Below are positions 19,912 to 30,504 of a stretch of DNA of 64,000 nt, piece by piece. Position 1 is the stretch's first letter. Every line of letters starts with the position of its first letter. The stretch is taken from NCBI GenBank assembly GCA_037481815.1, contig JBBFKX010000001.1, forward strand, positions 640,001 through 704,000, read 5' to 3'. The DNA is from a candidate division WOR-3 bacterium (GTDB lineage Bacteria > Hydrothermota > 32-111). The notes beneath the pieces were generated by a model. That model saw nothing but the letters and a program-made list of their open reading frames with translations, did no database searches and was not told the origin of the DNA. Both the position numbers and the translations under genes were made by a program.

Positions 19912-21872
19912 AGGAAAATGAAATCAAGGAAAAGATCGAGAAGTTAAGAAAAGAAATAGACAATTATGATTATCACTATTATGTTTTGAATGAACCTTTA
20001 ATAGACGATTACGAGTATGATAAACTTTACCATCAACTTTTAGAACTTGAAAAGAAGTATCCCGAATTTTATTCTCCAACTTCCCCTACACAGAGAGTAT
20101 CTGACAGAAATATTGAAAATTTTGAAAAATTTGAACATAAACCAAAGATGTTATCTCTTGATAACACTTACTCTGATGGTGAAATATTTGATTTTGACAA
20201 AAGGATAAAAAACATTGTTCAGGAAAATTTTTCATATGTTGTGGAGCCAAAAATAGATGGTGTTGCCGTGTCAATAATATATAAGGATGGAGTTTTCTTT
20301 AAAGGGCTCACAAGAGGTGATGGGAACATTGGTGATGATGTTTCAGAAAATATTAAAACGATAAGAGAGTTACCATTAACTTTGAAACAGGGATTCAAAG
20401 GTGAACTGATCGTAAGAGGCGAGGTTTTTTTCACAAAGGAAAGGTTCTCAAAAATTCAGGAAATCTATTCGTTTTCGAATGCAAGGAACGCTGCCTCCGG
20501 AACTTTAAAACTTTTATCACCCAGAGAGGTCAGTAAGAGAAATTTATCGATAAGGATACATACGGTTATAACCGAACTTGAAAAAACACATATAGAGAGT
20601 TTAAAAAAACTGCAAGAACTTGGAATACCGGTTGTTGAAAAATATTTTTTCGCAAAGGATATCAAACAGGTAATAGATATAAAAGAAAAATTTAAAGATG
20701 AGAGATACTCTCTCCCCTATGAAACAGATGGGATAGTGATAAAGGTAAATGAACTCTCTTTAAGAGAAAAAATCGGTTACACTTCAAAATCTCCAAGATG
20801 GGCATTTGCGTTCAAATATGAACCTGAAAGAGCGATAACAAGGCTGGTTTCAGTTTCATTTCAGGTTGGGAGGACCGGAGTTGTAACACCGGTTGCAAAC
20901 CTTGAACCGGTTTTCATATCAGGTTCAACAGTTAAAAGATCAACATTACACAATTTTGATGAAATCGAACGACTCGATCTCATGGTCAACGATTATGTTC
21001 TTATAGAAAAAAGTGGAGAGATAATTCCAAAAGTCATAAAAGTTATAAAGGAGAAAAGGGGAAAAGATTGTCAGAGGATAGAAAGACCAAAAGAGTGCCC
21101 TTCATGTGGGCAACCTCTGGTCCAATATGAAAACGAGGTCGCTTTAAGATGTATCAATAAAAATTGTCCAGCACAGATAGAACTCTCCCTTTTACATTTC
21201 TGTTCGAAAAATGGAATGAACATTGAAAATCTTGGGGAGATGATGGTAAAAAAACTTCTTGAATATGAAATAGTAAAAACTGTGCCTGATATATACAGAT
21301 TGAACTATGAAAAACTTTTTAAAATACCGAGAATCAAAGAAAAGAGTGCAAAAAATATTCTCGATTCAATCGAAAGATCCAAAAAAACAACATTGAAAAG
21401 GTTCATATACTCACTTGGAATAAAAAATGTTGGTGAATATCTTTCAGAAAAATTGTCAGAAAATTTTTCCAGTATCGATGAACTCATAAAATCTGACTAT
21501 GAGAAAATTAGAAAAATAGAAGGTGTTGGAGATGAGACAGCAAAAAACATAATTCTCTTCTTCAAAAATCAAGAGAATCTAAAGATGATAAAAGAACTTA
21601 TTGAACTTGGAATAACATTTGAAAGCAAAACCAGATCGGATGTTTTAAAAGGCAAAAATTTCGTTGTCACAGGAACTTTAAAAAATTTCAAAAGGGATGA
21701 AGTAAAAAATATAATCGTTGAAAATGGTGGTAACTTTTCTGAAAACCTTTCATCAAAAACCGATTATCTAATAGTCGGTTCAGATCCTGGCTCAAAACTT
21801 GAAAAAGCAAAAAAGTTGAATGTGAAAACGATAGATGAAGATGAATTTTTAAAAATGCTGGAGAAAAGATGA
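19908..21872 (+). CDS. ligA: NAD-dependent DNA ligase
   Basis: EPKIDG, zinc finger CPSC...C, HhH region, C-terminal BRCT. Confidence 0.97.
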   Translation: MKENEIKEKIEKLRKEIDNYDYHYYVLNEPLIDDYEYDKLYHQLLELEKKYPEFYSPTSPTQRVSDRNIENFEKFEHKPKMLSLDNTYSDGEIFDFDKRIKNIVQENFSYVVEPKIDGVAVSIIYKDGVFFKGLTRGDGNIGDDVSENIKTIRELPLTLKQGFKGELIVRGEVFFTKERFSKIQEIYSFSNARNAASGTLKLLSPREVSKRNLSIRIHTVITELEKTHIESLKKLQELGIPVVEKYFFAKDIKQVIDIKEKFKDERYSLPYETDGIVIKVNELSLREKIGYTSKSPRWAFAFKYEPERAITRLVSVSFQVGRTGVVTPVANLEPVFISGSTVKRSTLHNFDEIERLDLMVNDYVLIEKSGEIIPKVIKVIKEKRGKDCQRIERPKECPSCGQPLVQYENEVALRCINKNCPAQIELSLLHFCSKNGMNIENLGEMMVKKLLEYEIVKTVPDIYRLNYEKLFKIPRIKEKSAKNILDSIERSKKTTLKRFIYSLGIKNVGEYLSEKLSENFSSIDELIKSDYEKIRKIEGVGDETAKNIILFFKNQENLKMIKELIELGITFESKTRSDVLKGKNFVVTGTLKNFKRDEVKNIIVENGGNFSENLSSKTDYLIVGSDPGSKLEKAKKLNVKTIDEDEFLKMLEKR

Positions 21873-23182
21873 AAATAAAACTTTCCGGTTTCAATTTTGA
21901 TATAGATAACAGTGAAAGTTGCAAAACTCCTGAAACGATCTGTGCTGCTTATGCAAGAATTTCAAGATCAGAAAAGAGTATTGAAGAGTTAAGGAGAGAA
22001 GCATCACAGGATATCGAAAATGCAAGAAGATCAAACGAAAAAATCGTTTTTCAACTCGGGCATTCTTCGATCGCTGAACATGCTGTTTTTAACTTTGATC
22101 TCGTTGATATTTCAAGATTTTCAATAGAATACATTCAACACCACAGGCTTGCTTCATTCACAGAAAAATCACAGAGATATGTTAATATGAACAATGGCTA
22201 TTTGATACCCGAAGAACTCGAACATGACAGAGATTTAAAAACTGAATATATAAAGTTCTGTGAAAAAGCGTTTTCTTTATACAAAGAATCATTCGATTTT
22301 TTGAACAGTCAGAAAGATAGACAAACATCAAATGAGGATTCAAGATATTTTTTGCCACTTTCAACTCTGACGCAGTGCGGTATGACCGTGAATGGAAGAA
22401 CACTTGAATATATGATCGCGAGATTGAAGAGCCAAAATATAAAAGAATTAGAAAAAATAGCGTGTGAACTTGAAAAGGAATCTGTGAAACTTGCACCATC
22501 GATAATCAAATACACATCTGGAAACGAAAAGTTCAAAAACTATGAAGATTTTCCAGCATACAAACTCAATGGAGGAAATGTTAAAATTTTGGACTATACA
22601 AAAAATTTTTCAGATCTTTTTGTAAACTCTTTTCTTTTTCACACTGAAGGAAAAAAATTCAAAAATAAAAAGTTCGATAAAACTTTTAAAGAACAAATCA
22701 TAGATGAAATCTTTAAAAATTTAAAATCTTATGATAAACCACCCAGGGAGTTTGAACTCGCAGATTACACTTTCAGAATAATATGTTCATCCTCATGTTT
22801 TGCTCAAATCAAAAGACATAGAATAACAACGATAATCACACAGGGGTACTCAACCATATCAAAACCTGTTGTTCCTTACACACTAAAGGAAACAAAATTT
22901 GAAAAGGAACTTCTAAAACTCCAAAAAGAATCAAACCACCTTGCAAAAAAACTTTACCAAAAAAATCCATTGCTTTACAATTACGCTGTTTTAAACGCAA
23001 CAAAAAGGTCTGTAATTCTAAAAATGAACGCAAGAGAGATCTATCATTTTGTAAGATTAAGATCAGATAAACATGCCCAGTGGGAGATAAGAGAAATATC
23101 GGATAAAATAACTCAACTGTTGAAAGAGAAAGAACCTGTCATGTTTAAATACCTCTCGGGAAAAGATGAATACAGAAAATGA
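21869..23182 (+). CDS. thyX: FAD-dependent thymidylate synthase, tandem two-domain form
   Basis: GHSSIAEH, HHRLASFTEKSQRY, second RHR motif, LRSDKHAQWEIR. Confidence 0.88.
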   Translation: MKIKLSGFNFDIDNSESCKTPETICAAYARISRSEKSIEELRREASQDIENARRSNEKIVFQLGHSSIAEHAVFNFDLVDISRFSIEYIQHHRLASFTEKSQRYVNMNNGYLIPEELEHDRDLKTEYIKFCEKAFSLYKESFDFLNSQKDRQTSNEDSRYFLPLSTLTQCGMTVNGRTLEYMIARLKSQNIKELEKIACELEKESVKLAPSIIKYTSGNEKFKNYEDFPAYKLNGGNVKILDYTKNFSDLFVNSFLFHTEGKKFKNKKFDKTFKEQIIDEIFKNLKSYDKPPREFELADYTFRIICSSSCFAQIKRHRITTIITQGYSTISKPVVPYTLKETKFEKELLKLQKESNHLAKKLYQKNPLLYNYAVLNATKRSVILKMNAREIYHFVRLRSDKHAQWEIREISDKITQLLKEKEPVMFKYLSGKDEYRK

Positions 23183-24306
23183 ACGATAAACCGTTAAAAA
23201 TACTTTTGGTTTCAGATCCATACTATCCCTACCCATCAGGAATTTCAGAGTATACCTTCTATCTATCAAAATATCTAAAAAAACATCAAAATGAAGTTAA
23301 AATTCTAACAACACATTATAAAGGAGAACAGGAAGAAAATGATGTGATCAGGTTTGGAAAGGTTTTGATGATCCCGATGAACAAATCATACGCAACGATG
23401 GCTTTTGGAACCGATATACCATCTAGGGTTAAAAATCTTCTTTACAATAGAGATTTTGATATAATTCACTTAAACGGTCCTTTTTTCCCTTCATTATCTT
23501 TTTTTGCATTACACTATTCAAAAACCAAAAATGTTGCTGCTTTTTTGAACGCTGGTTTCAAATTTTACAATTCTGGATCGAAAATTTTTAGAGCAGTATA
23601 CAAAAAATATCTTAACAAAATCCACGGTTATTTTGCTATTTCCGAAACAGCAAAACTCGCAATGCAACCATATTTCCCTGGTGATTACGAAATAATCCCT
23701 GCAGGTGTTGATGTTGAATTTTTTAACAGTGAAGGTGAAAGTTTTAAAATCGAAGGTTATCCAAAGATACTTTTTTTGGGTCGGTTGGATGAGAGAAAGG
23801 GAGTTTTAAAAATCATAAATGTATTTTCCAAACTTTTAAAAATCAAAAGGGAAGCAAAACTTATAATCGCAGGCAAAGGGCCTCTCGATTCACAGGCAAA
23901 ACAGATGGCGAAAGAACTCGGCATCGAAAAATCAACCATCTTTACCGGATATGTTAAAAAAGAGGATATTCCAAAATATTACAGAACGGCTGATATTTAC
24001 TGCTCTCCTGCTTTAGGTGGTGAGTCGTTTGGGATAGTTCTCCTTGAAGCGATGGCGTGTGGAACACCAGTTGTTGCCTCAAATATTCATGGTTATTCAC
24101 AGGTTATAGAAAATTTAAAAGATGGAATGCTTTTCGATCCTATTTCAGATGATGATCTTCTTTCAAAACTTATTCTTCTCACTGATGATAAAAATTTGAG
24201 AGAAACCTTACAGAAAAACGGAAAGAAAAAATCTTTAGATTATTCATGGGAGAATGTGAGTAACAGAATTGAAAACTTTTATAGAAAGATACTATCAAGA
24301 GGTTAG
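23179..24306 (+). CDS. GT4 glycosyltransferase (PimA-like)
   Basis: LFLGRLDERKG, GGESFGIVLLEAMACG. Confidence 0.9.
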   Translation: MNDKPLKILLVSDPYYPYPSGISEYTFYLSKYLKKHQNEVKILTTHYKGEQEENDVIRFGKVLMIPMNKSYATMAFGTDIPSRVKNLLYNRDFDIIHLNGPFFPSLSFFALHYSKTKNVAAFLNAGFKFYNSGSKIFRAVYKKYLNKIHGYFAISETAKLAMQPYFPGDYEIIPAGVDVEFFNSEGESFKIEGYPKILFLGRLDERKGVLKIINVFSKLLKIKREAKLIIAGKGPLDSQAKQMAKELGIEKSTIFTGYVKKEDIPKYYRTADIYCSPALGGESFGIVLLEAMACGTPVVASNIHGYSQVIENLKDGMLFDPISDDDLLSKLILLTDDKNLRETLQKNGKKKSLDYSWENVSNRIENFYRKILSRG

Positions 24307-25517
24307 GTTTTTTTCTTTTTTTCCTGAGATGCAGGGAATAAAACATTGTTGAGTATCAATCTGTATCCTGGAGAATTTTTAAAAAGTATAAGTTCTGTTG
24401 GTGGATCGTTGACAAAATGAAGATAATCTTCAGGATCATGTCCGGCAAGAAAAGTAAAAAAACCTTCACCGAAAAATCCATGAATATATTTTGCATAATT
24501 TTTATCATAACTGTCCGCGAGTATCACAACATCCTTTTTTATTTTCCTCTTATCGAAACTTGAAGTTCTTCCGAGAAACTCTTTTATGTTGTCAGTATGG
24601 TTTTGAGTCAACATCGCTTCAACGAGATCAAACTTTGGTGAGAAATTTTTCAACTTAAAAAATCTGTTTTCCCATTCCTGCCGGTTAAAAGGTTCATAAT
24701 TGATATCATCAATCTCTATCGTTGGTTTATCGTTCAAGTTAAAATTTTCAAAAGCGATAGATTTTGTATAATCGAGTACTGGAGCATCTGTTCCATCACC
24801 ATCAAGAAGTGATGGTATTATATCCTGATATCCTAACGCCAGAGCATCATCAAGTGTATTTGTTGCAGAACACATCGCGAACAAAAATCCACCTCTTGCA
24901 ACATAATTTTTTATCTCTTTTGCAACATCACGTTTCATCAACCAATATTTTTCATAACCAAGAGATTTCGAAAGATTTTTTTGCATATTAAAAAGATCCT
25001 GAAACCATGTTTCATAGAAAGATGAAATATAAAACCGATCGAGTTGACCCGTGAAATCCTCATGGTGAAGATGTATCCATTCGTATTCGTAAATCTTTCC
25101 TGTGAGTATCTCCTTATCATAGATAAGATCGTACGATATTTTTGCATAGTCGAGAACAAGTGTAACTGCATCATCCCATGGCTCTTTGCCAGGTGGTGAG
25201 TAGACAGCGAGTTTTGGAGCTTTTTCAAGAAGAACGCTTTTCTCAGTTTGTGAAAGTATGAAATCCTTTTTTTCATCAGAGACATTTGAAAAATTAACAC
25301 CTTCTTTTAAGCATTCATTTTCAAAAATGTCTGACATGATCAAAAAACTACCACCTCTGTAATTTAAAAGCCAGTAAACATTCACTCCATTTTTAAGTGC
25401 TCTGTAAACTATACCATACGATTTTAAATGGTCAGTTTGTGTTTCATCCATCGGAATAAAAGTGTAAGAAAAAATTTTGATATAAACCAAAAAAACAAAA
25501 AAATAAAACTTTTTCAT
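24303..25517 (-). CDS. conserved secreted protein with class I glutamine amidotransferase-like fold
   Basis: Signal peptide; PWDDAVTLVL, WIHLHHEDFTGQ, GGFLFAMCSAT, GHDPEDY, SPGYRLILNNVLFP; from memory resembles the family often mislabelled asparagine synthetase B. Confidence 0.65.
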   Translation of the reverse strand: MKKFYFFVFLVYIKIFSYTFIPMDETQTDHLKSYGIVYRALKNGVNVYWLLNYRGGSFLIMSDIFENECLKEGVNFSNVSDEKKDFILSQTEKSVLLEKAPKLAVYSPPGKEPWDDAVTLVLDYAKISYDLIYDKEILTGKIYEYEWIHLHHEDFTGQLDRFYISSFYETWFQDLFNMQKNLSKSLGYEKYWLMKRDVAKEIKNYVARGGFLFAMCSATNTLDDALALGYQDIIPSLLDGDGTDAPVLDYTKSIAFENFNLNDKPTIEIDDINYEPFNRQEWENRFFKLKNFSPKFDLVEAMLTQNHTDNIKEFLGRTSSFDKRKIKKDVVILADSYDKNYAKYIHGFFGEGFFTFLAGHDPEDYLHFVNDPPTELILFKNSPGYRLILNNVLFPASQEKKKKT

Positions 25518-26821
25518 AAATATTCTAACAATAATCCTTTCAAAGGTGTTTTACCATACTTTTTCAAATACATCTCAATATCCTCTTTTTTGATTATACC
25601 TTTTTTTACTTCAAATAAAAGTATATCACTTATGAGTTCAAAATCTTCAAACGACTCCTGTTTAAACTGTTTTGCTTCCTCAACTCTCCCATCTTCAAGA
25701 AGCATCTTATAGTAAAGAAAAGTTTTTTTCCCAACAGTTACGATAAAAGGTCTTAACTTTTCAGAATCGTTTTGAAAATAGTAAATAAAGAACTGCCCAT
25801 CAGGTATTTTTTTTGAAAGGATATAAAGGTTTGCACAGTTTATTCTTACAAATATATCGATTTTTGAAGATAACAGTTTTGATAGATAATCTTTTAAATC
25901 TTTCTCGTCAGAATTTAAAAGAGAACGAAGAAAATTCAGATAATTAAGATATTCACTCTTTGTATTTTTTTTACTGTTCATGAAAATTTTAAAATTTTCA
26001 TTATCCCCTAAAAAAATCAGTGATAAGGGATAAAAAAGCGAGTCATTTTCAATAGTTTCAGGTCTTTCTCCCCTTAAAATTCTTCTAAAATCTTTATACG
26101 ATTTTTCATAAACTGTTCCTTCAAGTAATGATGAATAATCGTTTTCAAGATCATAAAAGGATAAAACATGTATATCTTCGGAAAATAACTTTTTGTTCAC
26201 TCTTTTTGAATCTAAAAATTTCACTACTTTTATCTTTTCTTTAAGAGTTAAAATACCTGAATCAAAAATTTTTAAAATATCTTCCTGAGGAAAATCAACC
26301 AATTCCTTTGCATAAATATCTTCACCGGTTTGAATCAACAATCTTGCAGTAACAAAAAGTTTCAATTCACTTTTGTTTGATAATCTTTCATACAGGATTT
26401 TGTTGATATTTTCAAAAGAAAATTGTGCTGTAATCTTTTTGTAATCAAGATTTTTTTCGTCAACAAACCTTAAAATGTATTCTAAATATTTTTCCTGATC
26501 ATCTTTTTCTTTGAAATATTTTAAAAATATCATATATTCGTTTTCAAATATCATATCTTTTCTAAAAAATGAAACATATATCTCTGGCATACCATCTCTT
26601 AAAATCAAACTCCTCAAAAAATACTCATAATCTGATTTTTTGTATTTATCCCTATTTTTGAATATCTCTTTCAAAACCTTCTCTTTATCATTGGAAGTAT
26701 CAAGAGTTTCAAGGATTATTTTAAAATTACCTGTTTTTACGATCTCGGTTAAATTTTCTGAATTTAAAAAAAGAAAATTAAAAAATATTAGAATCAGAAA
26801 AATCGTTTTTAATCTATTCAT
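25514..26821 (-). CDS. hypothetical secreted helical protein
   Basis: 435-aa ORF with signal-like N-terminus; overlaps both neighbours. Confidence 0.7.
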   Translation of the reverse strand: MNRLKTIFLILIFFNFLFLNSENLTEIVKTGNFKIILETLDTSNDKEKVLKEIFKNRDKYKKSDYEYFLRSLILRDGMPEIYVSFFRKDMIFENEYMIFLKYFKEKDDQEKYLEYILRFVDEKNLDYKKITAQFSFENINKILYERLSNKSELKLFVTARLLIQTGEDIYAKELVDFPQEDILKIFDSGILTLKEKIKVVKFLDSKRVNKKLFSEDIHVLSFYDLENDYSSLLEGTVYEKSYKDFRRILRGERPETIENDSLFYPLSLIFLGDNENFKIFMNSKKNTKSEYLNYLNFLRSLLNSDEKDLKDYLSKLLSSKIDIFVRINCANLYILSKKIPDGQFFIYYFQNDSEKLRPFIVTVGKKTFLYYKMLLEDGRVEEAKQFKQESFEDFELISDILLFEVKKGIIKKEDIEMYLKKYGKTPLKGLLLEYL

Positions 26822-29558
26822 TTAAAATTTCCTGTAGGTAAATTTTTATCAAAGGTATCCACTCTTTTCTTTCAAAATTTTCAACATCCTGATATTTCTT
26901 TTTTAATTGAAGATACTTTTTATAACCATAATCCTCAGGCATGATCAGTTTTGCAGGTATCTCATAATCTTTTCCCGTAAAACTCTCACGTTTTTCATCT
27001 ATACCTTTTTTGTATATCGATTTTGTTATGTTCAACATCCTTTTTAACACTCTATCCTGTTTATTCAGTATCTCCTGATCAAGTTTACCTTGCTTCAAAT
27101 CTTTTGCAACATCTTTCAAAGAATCAGCAAGAGTTGAAATCGCTTCCCCAACATCCTTAAAAGATTGTTCTCCCAGTTTTTTCATCTTTTCTGAAAGTGC
27201 TTCTTCCATTTTACCCAACTGGTTCAATATATCCTGTTTCATCTCACCTTTTCCAAACATCTCCCATAACATCTCGGATATATACTGTTGTTCCTTTGAC
27301 AACGAAGACATCTCTTGTGCCAACCTTTCAAGTGATGAGGCACCTTCACCTTGAGGATTATCCTTTAAAAGAAAGTTTATTATGTTAACATTCTGTTCTT
27401 TCAGAGGCAGAAAATTTCCATTACTGTTTTCAGCCATAGTTTTTGCTGTTTTTAACATAATGTTGAGAGGAGATGATATATCCTCTCCAGTATAGTCGAT
27501 TATCGATTGGTAAAGATCTGAAATCAGTTGAAGATTCTGGGTACTGTCTATCAGTTCATCTATGAAAAGTAATGTAGTTATAACCAGCTCTTTGTCGTAC
27601 TTTTCGGTTTTTCCCGACAGTTTTTCTATATTTTCCTGTACTTTCTTTTTTAAATCCTCAAGTTTTTCTTTAACATCCTTTGTTTTAGAAAATTCTCTTT
27701 CAGATTCTTTTGATAAATTTGAAAGTTTCGAAAGGTCTTTTTCATACTCCTCAAGGTTGTCATCCTTTAAACTCTCTTTTTTCAAATCTTCAATCCTTTC
27801 GGTTACCTTTTTCTGTTCTCCAAAATTTTTTTCCTGAACTATCCTGTTTTCAAGATCTATCAGTTTTTTGAGTTCCTCATCAAATTTAGTCAAGGAAAAG
27901 ATTTTGTTCAACTGTTTCAAAACTTCTTTTAATCTTGAAAGATCCTTCTCTATATTTTTACTTTCACTCTGAATCTTATCGATCAATTTTCTTTTCTCAT
28001 CTTCTGAAATATTTTTCAAATCTTTTTCAAGAAGTGAAAAAAGGTTGTTTAAAATGTTCTTATCGATCTTTTCAAGTTCACTCTTCAACTCAGCCATCTT
28101 TTTATAAAGATTATCGGGCAACCTGTATTCAGATAGATCCTTCATCTCCTCTTTAACTTTTTCAAAATTGTCGCTCAAATTTTTTAACTCTTCTTTTAAT
28201 TGTCTTAAATTCTCTTCTTTCTTCTGTATTTTTAGTTCATCAAGAACATTTTCAACCCTTTCAGAATATTTTTCAAGATCGTTAAAGAATTCACTCCTCA
28301 GATATGTTGAATCGATAACGGTCGAAAGATCTCCACTCTGTCCAAGTTCAATCTCGCTTGATACATCTATCTGCCTTCTAAAAGGATTGTTGTCTTTCAA
28401 AATGAAATGGATTTTTTGATACTTTTCTTTAATCGATTCAAGATTCAATCTGAAAATCAAAATAGTATCTTTTCCAGAAATTTTGTATGATTGAAAAGAG
28501 GAATCACTTTCATTTTTAAAAACTATATAGACAGAATCGTTTCCAAAATCATCTCTGCAAAGAATCGGAAGATCGACCTCATCTTTAATCTGAAGATTTT
28601 TGTCCTGAACGATTATATCAATAAAAGGTTTTTTATCTTTCATTACATTTACGATAACCGAATCAAAAATATTGCCCTTTTTGAATTTTATCACACTATC
28701 GTTAACAACAGATTTTAATTCAAAAATGTACTCTTTTTTATCGTTGAAAAAAACTTTCAGATTCAATGAGGCAAATTCAACAACATCTAAAAAATTGCCT
28801 TTAAGAGAATAACTTTTCAGTGATGTGTAAAATGGTGGTTTTACTTTTGAAACAATAGAATCTATCAGAAAACCTTTCAGAAGTTTAAAACTCAATCTGT
28901 TCGATTCAACCTTTGGACCTTTAAAAAAGAGATAAGAATCAAGTTCATAATCATGGTTTTTCTTATACCTTGAAAAATTTTTTTCACTTTCAACAAAAAG
29001 GTTTCCCGAGATTGTTCCAAGGTTGAAAGAAAGAATTTTTATATCACTTCCCTTACTTTTCAAAACAACCTGTTTTTGAGTCAGATTGAAAGAGTTTGAA
29101 ACAAGGTAAGGATTTAAGATAACAAATGAAAGGAAAATGATAATTGATAAAAAGAAAAATCTTAAATTTTTATCTCTTTTATTCTCTTTAAAAAATTTTT
29201 TTCCTTTCAAATCTATTCTCTCAAATTCATTTTTTAAAATCTCAATAAAAGTGTTATCCTTTTTATTTTGATTCTCAAAGACAACAATCGGAACATTTTT
29301 CAGTTCCCTGTTTAAACTGTTAAAAATTTCTATACTTTTTCCTGTCGAAAAAATGTTTGTAAAAAAATTTTTAAAGGAAAAAAATAAAAGAGTTAAAAAT
29401 GCAACGATGAAAAATAAATTTTCATGGTAAAAGATGTTGTTCAAAAAAATATGTAATATAAAAAGGAAAGTAAAAAATGAAAAAAATATCAAGAAACTAT
29501 CAAGAAAACTTTCAAACAATATTTTTTGATGAATCTTTTGAAAAATCTTTTTTAACAT
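26814..29558 (-). CDS. membrane-anchored long coiled-coil protein, DUF4175-like
   Basis: Three N-terminal TMs, beta-rich segment with DDFG and DNN motifs, long coiled coil, C-terminal YLQEI; likely ATG at 29558. Confidence 0.65.
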   Translation of the reverse strand: MLKKIFQKIHQKILFESFLDSFLIFFSFFTFLFILHIFLNNIFYHENLFFIVAFLTLLFFSFKNFFTNIFSTGKSIEIFNSLNRELKNVPIVVFENQNKKDNTFIEILKNEFERIDLKGKKFFKENKRDKNLRFFFLSIIIFLSFVILNPYLVSNSFNLTQKQVVLKSKGSDIKILSFNLGTISGNLFVESEKNFSRYKKNHDYELDSYLFFKGPKVESNRLSFKLLKGFLIDSIVSKVKPPFYTSLKSYSLKGNFLDVVEFASLNLKVFFNDKKEYIFELKSVVNDSVIKFKKGNIFDSVIVNVMKDKKPFIDIIVQDKNLQIKDEVDLPILCRDDFGNDSVYIVFKNESDSSFQSYKISGKDTILIFRLNLESIKEKYQKIHFILKDNNPFRRQIDVSSEIELGQSGDLSTVIDSTYLRSEFFNDLEKYSERVENVLDELKIQKKEENLRQLKEELKNLSDNFEKVKEEMKDLSEYRLPDNLYKKMAELKSELEKIDKNILNNLFSLLEKDLKNISEDEKRKLIDKIQSESKNIEKDLSRLKEVLKQLNKIFSLTKFDEELKKLIDLENRIVQEKNFGEQKKVTERIEDLKKESLKDDNLEEYEKDLSKLSNLSKESEREFSKTKDVKEKLEDLKKKVQENIEKLSGKTEKYDKELVITTLLFIDELIDSTQNLQLISDLYQSIIDYTGEDISSPLNIMLKTAKTMAENSNGNFLPLKEQNVNIINFLLKDNPQGEGASSLERLAQEMSSLSKEQQYISEMLWEMFGKGEMKQDILNQLGKMEEALSEKMKKLGEQSFKDVGEAISTLADSLKDVAKDLKQGKLDQEILNKQDRVLKRMLNITKSIYKKGIDEKRESFTGKDYEIPAKLIMPEDYGYKKYLQLKKKYQDVENFERKEWIPLIKIYLQEILNE

Positions 29559-29562
29559 ACTT

Positions 29563-29588
29563 AAGGGGGACAAAATTGTCCCCCCTTT
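29563..29588 (-). terminator. hairpin after serA-like gene (weak terminator or attenuator)
   Basis: GGGGGACA/TGTCCCCC stem with poor U tail. Confidence 0.55.
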
Positions 29589-29592
29589 ATAA

Positions 29593-30495
29593 TCATTTGT
29601 ATTCTGAGATTATACTCACGATTTCGTCTGCGATCCTTTCTTGGGCTTCAAATGTCTGAGCACCTATATGTGGTGTTGCCACAAAATTTTCAAATGTAAA
29701 AAGTTCGTTCACAACAGGTGGTTCTGTTTCAAAAACATCGAGCGCTGCTCCTCTGATCAATCCTTCTTTCAATGCTGTTATCAACGCTTTTTCATCAACG
29801 ATTCCACCTCTTGCACAGGAGATAAGATATGCGCTCTTTTTCATCTTTTTGAACTGTTCAAGTGAGATCATATTTTTTGTTTCATCTGTAAGAGGAAGGT
29901 GCAAAGATATATAATCTGATTCTTTCAAAAGTGTATCAAGGTCAACTATTTTAATTGGTGGTTTCGATACCTCTTTGACATAGGGATCATAACCCAAAAC
30001 ATTCATTTCAAAGCCATAAAAACCTATCCTTGCTGTTTCCCTTCCAATCCTTCCAAGACCGATGATCCCTAAAGTTTTTTTATAAAGTTCATAACCTTCA
30101 AATTTTTTCTTCTCCCACTTGCCTTCCTTCATCGATTTATCAGCAACAGTTAAAGATCTCGCAAGTGAAAGCATGTGTCCTATTGCAAGTTCAGCAACAG
30201 ATTCACTCGATGCAGCAGGTGTATTTTTCACTTCAATATTTTTTGTTTTCGCATACTCAACATCGATGTTATCAACTCCAACTCCACCCCTTATGATCAG
30301 TTTTAAATTTTTCCCTGCATCTATTATATTTTTCTTAACCTTTGTTGCGCTTCTTACGATTATACAATCAAAATCAACGATGACCTTTTCAAGTTCCTCG
30401 GGTGGAAGCCCTGTTTTTACAACAACATCGTGTCCCATTCCTTTCAACTGGTTGACCGCTGAATCAGAGATCTTGTCACTCACAAGTATTCTCAT
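29593..30495 (-). CDS. serA: D-3-phosphoglycerate dehydrogenase-like D-2-hydroxyacid dehydrogenase (no ACT domain)
   Basis: VRSATKV, GVGVDNID, GIIGLGRIG, ARGGIVDE, LDVFETEP, TPHIGAQT. Confidence 0.8.
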   Translation of the reverse strand: MRILVSDKISDSAVNQLKGMGHDVVVKTGLPPEELEKVIVDFDCIIVRSATKVKKNIIDAGKNLKLIIRGGVGVDNIDVEYAKTKNIEVKNTPAASSESVAELAIGHMLSLARSLTVADKSMKEGKWEKKKFEGYELYKKTLGIIGLGRIGRETARIGFYGFEMNVLGYDPYVKEVSKPPIKIVDLDTLLKESDYISLHLPLTDETKNMISLEQFKKMKKSAYLISCARGGIVDEKALITALKEGLIRGAALDVFETEPPVVNELFTFENFVATPHIGAQTFEAQERIADEIVSIISEYK

Positions 30496-30504
30496 AATTC
30501 CTCC

